Of a stretch of DNA of 64,000 bases, positions 13,709-27,100 are shown in pieces; the stretch's first letter is position 1, and each line of letters starts with the position of its first letter. A program made the position numbers and the translations under genes. The notes under the pieces are model-generated. The model had not been told where the DNA came from. It saw only the letters and a list, made by a program, of their open reading frames with translations, and made no database searches. Location of the stretch: the NCBI GenBank assembly GCA_977018835.1, contig OZ361257.1, positions 4,712,001-4,776,000 of the forward strand, read 5' to 3'. The stretch is from Minutocellus sp. GHC0000111 (lineage: Eukaryota).

Positions 13709-16700
13709 CTATGGTCAAATATGAGTTGCTCCAGTAAGGAGCGCCCTGCTTTTCCCAACGCTGCTGGCGACGCCCACACCACCCACAAAGATGAGTGCTT
13801 TGGCTGCAGTGCAATCACAGGACACTGCTCACCACATGCATTCCTTGCTGCTCTCACATGGCAATGAATGGAACATAAGCTTTGGTAGAGATCAGGGTGC
13901 TGCTATGGTCAAACATGAATTGCTCCAGTTAGGAGCGCAATAGTTTTCCCAACGATGCTGGCGACGCCCACACCACCCACAAAGATGAGTGCTTTGGCTG
14001 CAGTGCAATCACAGGACACTGCTCACCACATGCATTCCTTGCTGCTCTCACATGGCAATGAATGGAACATAAGCTTTGGTAGAGATCAGGGTGCTCCTAT
14101 GGTCAAATGTGAGTTGATCCAGTTAGGACAGCCCTAACTTTCCCAACGCTGCTGGCGACGCCCACACCACCCACAAAGATGCGTGCTTTGGCTGCAGTGC
14201 AATCACAGGACACTGCTCACCACATGCATTCCTTGCTGCTCTCACATGGCAATGAATGGAACATAAGCTTTGGTAGAGATCAGGGTGCTCCTATGGTCAA
14301 ATGTGAGTTGCTCCAGTTAGGAGCGCCCTGGCTTTCCCAACGCTGCTGGCGACGCCCACACCACCCACAAAGATGCGTGCTTTGGCTGCAGTGCAATCAC
14401 AGGACACTGCTCACCACATGCATTCCTTGCTGCTCTCACATGGCAATGAATGGAACATAAGCTTTGGAAGAGATCAGGGTGCTGCTATGGTCAAACATGA
14501 ATTGCTCCAGTTAGGAGCGCCCTAGATAGTTTGTCCAACGCTGCTGGCGACGCCCCCACCACCCACAAAGATGAGTGCTTTGGCTGCAGTGCAATCACAG
14601 GACACTGCTCAACACATGCATTCCTTGCTGCTCTCACATGGCAATTAATGGAACATAAGCTTTGGTAGAGATCAGGGTGCTTCTATGGTCAAATGTGAGT
14701 TGCTCCAGTTAGGAGCGCCCTGGCTTTCCCAACGCTGCTGGCGACGCCCACACCACCCACAAAGATGCGTGCTTTGGCTGCAGTGCAATCACTGGACACT
14801 GCTCACCACATGCATTCCTTGCTGCTCTCACATGGCAATGAATGGAACATAAGCTTTGGTAGAGATCAGGGTGCTGCCATGGTCAAATATGAGTTGCTCC
14901 AGTTAGGAGCGCCCTAGCTTTCCCAACGCTGCTGGCGACGCCCACACCACCCACAAAGATGCGTGCTTTGGCTGCAGTGCAATCACTGGACACTGCTCAC
15001 CACATGCATTCGTTGCTGCTCTCACATGGCAATGAATGGAACACAAGCTTTGGTAGAGATCAGGGTGCTGCCATGGTCAAATATGAGTTGCTCCAGTTAG
15101 GAGCGCCCTAGCTTTCCCAACGCTGCTGGCGACGCCCACACCACCCACAAAGATGCGTGCTTTGGCTGCAGTGCAATCACTGGACACTGCTCAACACATG
15201 CATTCGTTGCTGCTCTCACATGGCAATGAATGGAACATAAGCTTTGGAAGAGATCAGGGTGCTGCTATGGTCAAACATGAATTGCTCCAGTTAGGAGCGC
15301 CCAAGATAGTTTGTCCAACGCTGCTGGCGACGCCCCCACCACCCACAAAGATGAGTGCTTTGGCTGCAGTGCAATCACAGGACACTGCTCAACACATGCA
15401 TTCCTTGCTGCTCTCACATGGCAATGAATGGAACATAAGCTTTGGTAGAGATCAGGGTGCTCCTATGGTCAAATGTGAGTTGATCCAGTTAGGACAGCCC
15501 TAACTTTCCCAACGCTGCTGGCGACGCCCACACCACCCACAAAGATGCGTGCTTTGGCTGCAGTGCAATCACAGGACACTGCTCACCACATGCATTCCTT
15601 GCTGCTCTCACATGGCAATGAATGGAACATAAGCTTTGGTAGAGATCAGGGTGCTGCCATGGTCAAATATGAGTTGCTCCAGTTAGGAGCGCCCTAGCTT
15701 TCCCAACGCTGCTGGCGACGCCCACACCACCCACAAAGATGCGTGCTTTGGCTGCAGTGCAATCACTGGACACTGCTCACCACATGCATTCGTTGCTGCT
15801 CTCACATGGCAATGAATGGAACACAAGCTTTGGTAGAGATAAGGGTGCTCCTGTGGTCAAACATGGGTTGCTCCAGCAAGCAGCGCCCTGATTTTCCCAA
15901 CGCTGCTGGCGACGCCCACACCACCCACAAAGATGAGTGCTTTGGCTGCAGTGCAATCACAGGACACTGCTCACCACATGCATTCGTTGCTGCTCTCACA
16001 TGGCAATGAATGGAACATAAGCTTTGGAAGAGATCAGGGTGCTGCTATGGTCAAACATGAATTGCTCCAGTTAGGAGCGCCCTAGATAGTTTGTCCAACG
16101 CTGCTGGCGACGCCCCCACCACCCACAAAGATGAGTGCTTTGGCTGCAGTGCAATCACAGGACACTGCTCAACACATGCATTCCTTGCTGCTCTCACATG
16201 GCAATGAATGGAACATAAGCTTTGGTAGATATCAGGGTGCTCCTATGGTCAAATGTGAGTTGCTCTATTAAGGAGCGCCCTGCTTTTCCCAACGCTGCTG
16301 GCGACGCCCACACCACCCACAAAGATGAGTGCTTTGGCTGCAGTGCAATCACAGGACACTGCTCACCACATGCATTCCTTGCTGCTCTCACATGGCAATG
16401 AATGGAACATAAGCTTTGGTAGAGATCAGGGTGCTGCTATGGTCAAACATGAATTGCTCCAGTTAGGAGCGCAATAGTTTTCCCAACGATGCTGGCGACG
16501 CCCACACCACCCACAAAGATGAGTGCTTTGGCTGCAGTGCAATCACAGGACACTGCTCACCACATGCATTCCTTGCTGCTCTCACATGGCAATGAATGGA
16601 ACATAAGCTTTGGTAGAGATCAGGGTGCTCCTATGGTCAAACATGAATTGCTCCAGTTAGGAGCGCCCTAGATAGTTTGTCCAACGCTGCTGGCGACGCC

Positions 16701-19700
16701 CCCACCACCCACAAAGATGAGTGCTTTGGCTGCAGTGCAATCACAGGACACTGCTCAACACATGCATTCGTTGCTGATCTCACATGGCAATGAATGGAAC
16801 ATAAGCTTTGGAAGAGATCAGGGTGCTGCTATGGTCAAACATGAATTGCTCCAGTTAGGAGCGCCCTAGATAGTTTGTCCAACGCTGCTGGCGACGCCCA
16901 CACCACCCACAAAGATGAGTGCTTTGGCTGCAGTGCAATCACAGGACACTGCTCAACACATGCATTCCTTGCTGCTCTCACATGGCAATGAATGGAACAT
17001 AAGCTTTGGTAGAGATCAGGGTGCTCCTATGGTCAAATGTGAGTTGATCCAGTTAGGACAGCCCTAACTTTCCCAACGCTGCTGGCGACGCCCACACCAC
17101 CCACAAAGATGCGTGCTTTGGCTGCAGTGCAATCACAGGACACTGCTCACCACATGCATTCCTTGCTGCTCTCACATGGCAATGAATGGAACATAAGCTT
17201 TGGTAGAGATCAGGGTGCTTCTATGGTCAAATGTGAGTTGCTCCAGTTAGGAGCGCCCTGGCTTTCCCAACGCTGCTGGCGACGCCCACACCACCCACAA
17301 AGATGCGTGCTTTGGCTGCAGTGCAATCACTGGACACTGCTCACCACATGCATTCCTTGCTGCTCTCACATGGCAATGAATGGAACATAAGCTTTGGTAG
17401 AGATCAGGGTGCTGCCATGGTCAAATATGAGTTGCTCCAGTTAGGAGCGCCCTAGCTTTCCCAACGCTGCTGGCGACGCCCACACCACCCACAAAGATGC
17501 GTGCTTTGGCTGCAGTGCAATCACTGGACACTGCTCACCACATGCATTCGTTGCTGCTCTCACATGGCAATGAATGGAACACAAGCTTTGGTAGAGATAA
17601 GGGTGCTCCTGTGGTCAAACATGGGTTGCTCCAGCAAGCAGCGCCCTGATTTTCCCAACGCTGCTGGCGACGCCCACACCACCCACAAAGATGAGTGCTT
17701 TGGCTGCAGTGCAATCACTGGACACTGCTCACCACATGCATTCCTTGCTGCTCTCACATGGCAATGAATGGAACATAAGCTTTGGTAGATATCAGGGTGC
17801 TCCTATGGTCAAATGTGAGTTGCTCTAGTTAGGAGCGCCCTAGCTTTCCCAACGCTGCTGGTGACGCCCACACCACCCACAAAGATACGTGCTTTGGCTG
17901 CAGTGCAATCACAAGACACTGCTCACCACATGCATTCCTTGCTGCTCTCACATGGCAATGAATGGAACATAAGCTTTGGTAGAGATCAGGGTGCTGCTAT
18001 GGTCAAATGTGAGTTGCTCCGGTTAGGAGCGCCCTAGCTTTCCCAACGCTGCTGGCGACGCCCACACCACCCACAAAGATGAGTGCTTTGGCCGAAGTAC
18101 AATCACTGGACACTGCTCACCACATGCATTCCTTGCTGCTCTCACATGGCAATGAATGGAACAGAAGCTTTGGTAGAGATCAGGGTGCTGCCACGGTCAA
18201 ATATGAGTTGCTCCAGTTAGGACAGCCCTAACTTCCCCAACGCTGCTGGCGACACCCACACCACCCACAAAGATGCGTGCTTTGGCTGCAGTGCAATCAC
18301 AGGACACTGCTCACCACATGCATTCCTTGCTGCTCTCACATGGCAATTAATGGAACGTAAGCTTTGGTAGAGATCAGGGTGCTCCTATGGTCAAATGTGA
18401 GTTGCTCCAGTTAGGAGCGCCATGGCTTTCCCAACGCTGCTGGCGACGCCCCCACCACCCACAAAGATGAGTGCTTTGGCTGCGGTGCAATCACTGGACA
18501 CTGCTCACCACATGCATTCCTTGCTGCTCTCACATGGCAATGAACGGAACATAAGCTTTGGTAGAGATCAGGGTGCTCCTAAGGTCAAATGTGAGTTGCT
18601 CCAGTTAGGAGCGCCCTGATTTTCCCAACGCTGCTGGCGACGCCCACACCACCCACAAAGATGAGTGCTTTGGCTGCAGTGCAATCACAGGACACTGCTC
18701 ACCACATGCATTCCTTGCTGCTCTCACATGGCAATGAATGGAACACAAGCTTTGGTAGAGATCAGGGTGCTCCTATGGTCAAATGTGAGTTGCCCCAGTT
18801 AGGAGCGCCCTAGTTGTCCCAACGCTTCTGCTGGCGATGCCCACGCCATCCAAAAAGATGAGTGCTTTGGCTGCAGTGCAATCACAGGACACTGCTCACC
18901 ACATGCATTCCTTGCTGCTCTCACATGGCAATTAATGGAACGTAAGCTTTGGTAGAGATCAGGGTGCTCCTATGGTCAAATATGAGTTGCTCCAGTAAGG
19001 AGCGCCCTGCTTTTCCCAACGCTGCTGGCGACGCCCACACCACCCACAAAGATGAGTGCTTTGGCTGCAGTGCAATCACAGGACACTGCTCACCACATGC
19101 ATTCCTTGCTGCTCTCACATGGCAATGAATGGAACATAAGCTTTGGTAGAGATCAGGGTGCTGCTATGGTCAAACATGAATTGCTCCAGTTAGGAGCGCA
19201 ATAGTTTTCCCAACGATGCTGGCGACGCCCACACCACCCACAAAGATGAGTGCTTTGGCTGCAGTGCAATCACAGGACACTGCTCACCACATGCATTCCT
19301 TGCTGCTCTCACATGGCAATGAATGGAACATAAGCTTTGGTAGAGATCAGGGTGCTCCTATGGTCAAATGTGAGTTGATCCAGTTAGGACAGCCCTAACT
19401 TTCCCAACGCTGCTGGCGACGCCCACACCACCCACAAAGATGCGTGCTTTGGCTGCAGTGCAATCACAGGACACTGCTCACCACATGCATTCCTTGCTGC
19501 TCTCACATGGCAATGAATGGAACATAAGCTTTGGTAGAGATCAGGGTGCTCCTATGGTCAAATGTGAGTTGCTCCAGTTAGGAGCGCCCTGGCTTTCCCA
19601 ACGCTGCTGGCGACGCCCACACCACCCACAAAGATGCGTGCTTTGGCTGCAGTGCAATCACAGGACACTGCTCACCACATGCATTCCTTGCTGCTCTCAC

Positions 19701-22700
19701 ATGGCAATGAATGGAACATAAGCTTTGGAAGAGATCAGGGTGCTGCTATGGTCAAACATGAATTGCTCCAGTTAGGAGCGCCCTAGATAGTTTGTCCAAC
19801 GCTGCTGGCGACGCCCCCACCACCCACAAAGATGAGTGCTTTGGCTGCAGTGCAATCACAGGACACTGCTCAACACATGCATTCCTTGCTGCTCTCACAT
19901 GGCAATTAATGGAACATAAGCTTTGGTAGAGATCAGGGTGCTTCTATGGTCAAATGTGAGTTGCTCCAGTTAGGAGCGCCCTGGCTTTCCCAACGCTGCT
20001 GGCGACGCCCACACCACCCACAAAGATGCGTGCTTTGGCTGCAGTGCAATCACTGGACACTGCTCACCACATGCATTCCTTGCTGCTCTCACATGGCAAT
20101 GAATGGAACATAAGCTTTGGTAGAGATCAGGGTGCTGCCATGGTCAAATATGAGTTGCTCCAGTTAGGAGCGCCCTAGCTTTCCCAACGCTGCTGGCGAC
20201 GCCCACACCACCCACAAAGATGCGTGCTTTGGCTGCAGTGCAATCACTGGACACTGCTCACCACATGCATTCGTTGCTGCTCTCACATGGCAATGAATGG
20301 AACACAAGCTTTGGTAGAGATCAGGGTGCTGCCATGGTCAAATATGAGTTGCTCCAGTTAGGAGCGCCCTAGCTTTCCCAACGCTGCTGGCGACGCCCAC
20401 ACCACCCACAAAGATGCGTGCTTTGGCTGCAGTGCAATCACTGGACACTGCTCAACACATGCATTCGTTGCTGCTCTCACATGGCAATGAATGGAACATA
20501 AGCTTTGGAAGAGATCAGGGTGCTGCTATGGTCAAACATGAATTGCTCCAGTTAGGAGCGCCCAAGATAGTTTGTCCAACGCTGCTGGCGACGCCCCCAC
20601 CACCCACAAAGATGAGTGCTTTGGCTGCAGTGCAATCACAGGACACTGCTCAACACATGCATTCCTTGCTGCTCTCACATGGCAATGAATGGAACATAAG
20701 CTTTGGTAGAGATCAGGGTGCTCCTATGGTCAAATGTGAGTTGATCCAGTTAGGACAGCCCTAACTTTCCCAACGCTGCTGGCGACGCCCACACCACCCA
20801 CAAAGATGCGTGCTTTGGCTGCAGTGCAATCACAGGACACTGCTCACCACATGCATTCCTTGCTGCTCTCACATGGCAATGAATGGAACATAAGCTTTGG
20901 TAGAGATCAGGGTGCTGCCATGGTCAAATATGAGTTGCTCCAGTTAGGAGCGCCCTAGCTTTCCCAACGCTGCTGGCGACGCCCACACCACCCACAAAGA
21001 TGCGTGCTTTGGCTGCAGTGCAATCACTGGACACTGCTCACCACATGCATTCGTTGCTGCTCTCACATGGCAATGAATGGAACACAAGCTTTGGTAGAGA
21101 TAAGGGTGCTCCTGTGGTCAAACATGGGTTGCTCCAGCAAGCAGCGCCCTGATTTTCCCAACGCTGCTGGCGACGCCCACACCACCCACAAAGATGAGTG
21201 CTTTGGCTGCAGTGCAATCACAGGACACTGCTCACCACATGCATTCGTTGCTGCTCTCACATGGCAATGAATGGAACATAAGCTTTGGAAGAGATCAGGG
21301 TGCTGCTATGGTCAAACATGAATTGCTCCAGTTAGGAGCGCCCTAGATAGTTTGTCCAACGCTGCTGGCGACGCCCCCACCACCCACAAAGATGAGTGCT
21401 TTGGCTGCAGTGCAATCACAGGACACTGCTCAACACATGCATTCCTTGCTGCTCTCACATGGCAATGAATGGAACATAAGCTTTGGTAGATATCAGGGTG
21501 CTCCTATGGTCAAATGTGAGTTGCTCTATTAAGGAGCGCCCTGCTTTTCCCAACGCTGCTGGCGACGCCCACACCACCCACAAAGATGAGTGCTTTGGCT
21601 GCAGTGCAATCACAGGACACTGCTCACCACATGCATTCCTTGCTGCTCTCACATGGCAATGAATGGAACATAAGCTTTGGTAGAGATCAGGGTGCTGCTA
21701 TGGTCAAACATGAATTGCTCCAGTTAGGAGCGCAATAGTTTTCCCAACGATGCTGGCGACGCCCACACCACCCACAAAGATGAGTGCTTTGGCTGCAGTG
21801 CAATCACAGGACACTGCTCACCACATGCATTCCTTGCTGCTCTCACATGGCAATGAATGGAACATAAGCTTTGGTAGAGATCAGGGTGCTCCTATGGTCA
21901 AACATGAATTGCTCCAGTTAGGAGCGCCCTAGATAGTTTGTCCAACGCTGCTGGCGACGCCCCCACCACCCACAAAGATGAGTGCTTTGGCTGCAGTGCA
22001 ATCACAGGACACTGCTCAACACATGCATTCGTTGCTGATCTCACATGGCAATGAATGGAACATAAGCTTTGGAAGAGATCAGGGTGCTGCTATGGTCAAA
22101 CATGAATTGCTCCAGTTAGGAGCGCCCTAGATAGTTTGTCCAACGCTGCTGGCGACGCCCACACCACCCACAAAGATGAGTGCTTTGGCTGCAGTGCAAT
22201 CACAGGACACTGCTCAACACATGCATTCCTTGCTGCTCTCACATGGCAATGAATGGAACATAAGCTTTGGTAGAGATCAGGGTGCTCCTATGGTCAAATG
22301 TGAGTTGATCCAGTTAGGACAGCCCTAACTTTCCCAACGCTGCTGGCGACGCCCACACCACCCACAAAGATGCGTGCTTTGGCTGCAGTGCAATCACAGG
22401 ACACTGCTCACCACATGCATTCCTTGCTGCTCTCACATGGCAATGAATGGAACATAAGCTTTGGTAGAGATCAGGGTGCTTCTATGGTCAAATGTGAGTT
22501 GCTCCAGTTAGGAGCGCCCTGGCTTTCCCAACGCTGCTGGCGACGCCCACACCACCCACAAAGATGCGTGCTTTGGCTGCAGTGCAATCACTGGACACTG
22601 CTCACCACATGCATTCCTTGCTGCTCTCACATGGCAATGAATGGAACATAAGCTTTGGTAGAGATCAGGGTGCTGCCATGGTCAAATATGAGTTGCTCCA

Positions 22701-24170
22701 GTTAGGAGCGCCCTAGCTTTCCCAACGCTGCTGGCGACGCCCACACCACCCACAAAGATGCGTGCTTTGGCTGCAGTGCAATCACTGGACACTGCTCACC
22801 ACATGCATTCGTTGCTGCTCTCACATGGCAATGAATGGAACACAAGCTTTGGTAGAGATAAGGGTGCTCCTGTGGTCAAACATGGGTTGCTCCAGCAAGC
22901 AGCGCCCTGATTTTCCCAACGCTGCTGGCGACGCCCACACCACCCACAAAGATGAGTGCTTTGGCTGCAGTGCAATCACTGGACACTGCTCACCACATGC
23001 ATTCCTTGCTGCTCTCACATGGCAATGAATGGAACATAAGCTTTGGTAGATATCAGGGTGCTCCTATGGTCAAATGTGAGTTGCTCTAGTTAGGAGCGCC
23101 CTAGCTTTCCCAACGCTGCTGGTGACGCCCACACCACCCACAAAGATACGTGCTTTGGCTGCAGTGCAATCACAAGACACTGCTCACCACATGCATTCCT
23201 TGCTGCTCTCACATGGCAATGAATGGAACATAAGCTTTGGTAGAGATCAGGGTGCTGCTATGGTCAAATGTGAGTTGCTCCGGTTAGGAGCGCCCTAGCT
23301 TTCCCAACGCTGCTGGCGACGCCCACACCACCCACAAAGATGAGTGCTTTGGCCGAAGTACAATCACTGGACACTGCTCACCACATGCATTCCTTGCTGC
23401 TCTCACATGGCAATGAATGGAACAGAAGCTTTGGTAGAGATCAGGGTGCTGCCACGGTCAAATATGAGTTGCTCCAGTTAGGACAGCCCTAACTTCCCCA
23501 ACGCTGCTGGCGACACCCACACCACCCACAAAGATGCGTGCTTTGGCTGCAGTGCAATCACAGGACACTGCTCACCACATGCATTCCTTGCTGCTCTCAC
23601 ATGGCAATTAATGGAACGTAAGCTTTGGTAGAGATCAGGGTGCTCCTATGGTCAAATGTGAGTTGCTCCAGTTAGGAGCGCCATGGCTTTCCCAACGCTG
23701 CTGGCGACGCCCCCACCACCCACAAAGATGAGTGCTTTGGCTGCGGTGCAATCACTGGACACTGCTCACCACATGCATTCCTTGCTGCTCTCACATGGCA
23801 ATGAACGGAACATAAGCTTTGGTAGAGATCAGGGTGCTCCTAAGGTCAAATGTGAGTTGCTCCAGTTAGGAGCGCCCTGATTTTCCCAACGCTGCTGGCG
23901 ACGCCCACACCACCCACAAAGATGAGTGCTTTGGCTGCAGTGCAATCACAGGACACTGCTCACCACATGCATTCCTTGCTGCTCTCACATGGCAATGAAT
24001 GGAACACAGGCTTTGGTAGAGATCAGGGTGCTCCTATGGTCAAATGTGAGTTGCCCCAGTTAGGAGCGCCCTAGTTGTCCCAACGCTTCTGCTGGCGATG
24101 CCCACGCCATCCAAAAAGATGAGTGCTTTGGCTGCAGTGCAATCACAGGACACTGCTCACCACATGCATT
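13709..24170. repeat. 5,261-bp (~27-monomer) higher-order repeat, two copies; re-duplicated within ~29761-38885
   Basis: Offsets 13955/19216, 15153/20414 and 18422/23683; marker GCCGAAGTACAATC at 18091/23352 and 32806/38067. Boundaries approximate. Confidence 0.85.
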
Positions 24171-27100
24171 TCTTGCTGCTCTCACATGGCAATGAATGGA
24201 GCACAAGCTTTGGTAGAGATCAGGGCACTCCTATGGTCAAACATGAGTTACTCCAGTTAGGAGCGCCCTAGTTTTCCCAACGCTGCTGGCGACACCCACA
24301 CCACCCACAAAGATGCGTGCTTTGGCTGCAGTGCAATCACAGGACACTGCTCAACACATGCATTCCTTGCTGCTCTCACATGGCAATGAATGGAACATAA
24401 GCTTTGGTAGAGATCAGGGTGCTCCTATGGTCAAATGTGAGTTGCCCCAGTTAGGAGCGCCCTAGTTGTCCCAACGCTTCTGCTGGCGACGCCCACGCCA
24501 CCCACGAAGATGAGTGCTTTGGCTGCAGTGCAATCACAGGACACTGCTCACCACATGCATTTCTTGCTGCTCTCACATGGCAATGAATGGAACATAAGCT
24601 TCCTGGCGACGCCAACACCACCCACAAAGATGCGTGCTTTGGCTGCAGTGCAATCACTGGACACTGCTCACCACATGCATTCCTTGCTGCTCTCACATGG
24701 CAATGAATGGAACACAAGCTTTGGTAGAGATCAGGGTGCTCCTGTGGTCAAACATGGGTTGCTCCAGCAAGCAGCGCCCTGATTTTCCCAACGCTGCTGG
24801 CGACGCCCACACCACCCACAAAGATGCGTGCTTTGGCTGCAGTGCAACCACAGGACACTGCTCACCACATGCATTCCTTGCTGCTCTCACATGGCAATGA
24901 ATGGAACATAAGCTTTGGTAGATATCAGGGTGCTCCTATGGTCAAATGTGAGTTGCTCCAGTTAGGAGCGCCCTAGCTTTCCCAACGCTGCTGGTGACGC
25001 CCACACCACCCACAAAGATGCGTGCTTTGGCTGCAGTGCAATCACAGGACACTGCTCACCACATGCATTCGTTGCTGCTCTCACATGGCAATGAATGGAA
25101 CATAAGCTTTGGAAGAGATCAGGGTGCTGCTATGGTCAAACATGAATTGCTCCAGTTAGGAGCGCCCTAGATAGTTTGTCCAACGCTGCTGGCGACGCCC
25201 CCACCACCCACAAAGATGAGTGCTTTGGCTGCAGTGCAATCACAGGACACTGCTCACCACATGCATTCCTTGCTGCTCTCACATGGCAATGAATGGAACA
25301 TAAGCTTTGGTAGATATCAGGGTGCTCCTATGGTCAAATGTGAGTTGCTCTATTAAGGAGCGCCCTGCTTTTCCCAACGCTGCTGGCGACGCCCACACCA
25401 CCCACAAAGATGAGTGCTTTGGCTGCAGTGCAATCACAGGACACTGCTCACCACATGCATTCCTTGCTGCTCTCACATGGCAATGAATGGAACATAAGCT
25501 TTGGTAGAGATCAGGGTGCTGCTATGGTCAAACATGAATTGCTCCAGTTAGGAGCGCAATAGTTTTCCCAACGATGCTGGCGACGCCCACACCACCCACA
25601 AAGATGAGTGCTTTGGCTGCAGTGCAATCACAGGACACTGCTCACCACATGCATTCCTTGCTGCTCTCACATGGCAATGAATGGAACATAAGCTTTGGTA
25701 GAGATCAGGGTGCTCCTATGGTCAAACATGAATTGCTCCAGTTAGGAGCGCCCTAGAAAGTTTGTCCAACGCTGCTGGCGACGCCCCCACCACCCACAAA
25801 GATGAGTGCTTTGGCTGCAGTGCAATCACAGGACACTGCTCAACACATGCATTCGTTGCTGATCTCACATGGCAATGAATGGAACATAAGCTTTGGAAGA
25901 GATCAGGGTGCTGCTATGGTCAAACATGAATTGCTCCAGTTAGGAGCGCCCTAGATAGTTTGTCCAACGCTGCTGGCGACGCCCACACCACCCACAAAGA
26001 TGAGTGCTTTGGCTGCAGTGCAATCACAGGACACTGCTCAACACATGCATTCCTTGCTGCTCTCACATGGCAATGAATGGAACATAAGCTTTGGTAGAGA
26101 TCAGGGTGCTCCTATGGTCAAATGTGAGTTGATCCAGTTAGGACAGCCCTAACTTTCCCAACGCTGCTGGCGACGCCCACACCACCCACAAAGATGCGTG
26201 CTTTGGCTGCAGTGCAATCACAGGACACTGCTCACCACATGCATTCCTTGCTGCTCTCACATGGCAATGAATGGAACATAAGCTTTGGTAGAGATCAGGG
26301 TGCTTCTATGGTCAAATGTGAGTTGCTCCAGTTAGGAGCGCCCTGGCTTTCCCAACGCTGCTGGCGACACCCACACCACCCACAAAGATGCGTGCTTTGG
26401 CTGCAGTGCAATCACAGGACACTGCTCACCACATGCATTCCTTGCTGCTCTCACATGGCAATGAATGGAACATAAGCTTTGGTAGAGATCAGGGTGCTGC
26501 CATGGTCAAATATGAGTTGCTCCAGTTAGGAGCGCCCTAGCTTTCCCAACGCTGCTGGCGACGCCCACACCACCCACAAAGATGCGTGCTTTGGCTGCAG
26601 TGCAATCACTGGACACTGCTCACCACATGCATTCGTTGCTGCTCTCACATGGCAATGAATGGAACACAAGCTTTGGTAGAGATAAGGGTGCTCCTGTGGT
26701 CAAACATGGGTTGCTCCAGCAAGCAGCGCCCTGATTTTCCCAACGCTGCTGGCGACGCCCACACCACCCACAAAGATGAGTGCTTTGGCTGCAGTGCAAT
26801 CACTGGACACTGCTCACCACATGCATTCCTTGCTGCTCTCACATGGCAATGAATGGAACATAAGCTTTGGTAGATATCAGGGTGCTCCTATGGTCAAATG
26901 TGAGTTGCTCTAGTTAGGAGCGCCCTAGCTTTCCCAACGCTGCTGGTGACGCCCACACCACCCACAAAGATACGTGCTTTGGCTGCAGTGCAATCACAAG
27001 ACACTGCTCACCACATGCATTCCTTGCTGCTCTCACATGGCAATGAATGGAACATAAGCTTTGGTAGAGATCAGGGTGCTGCTATGGTCAAATGTGAGTT

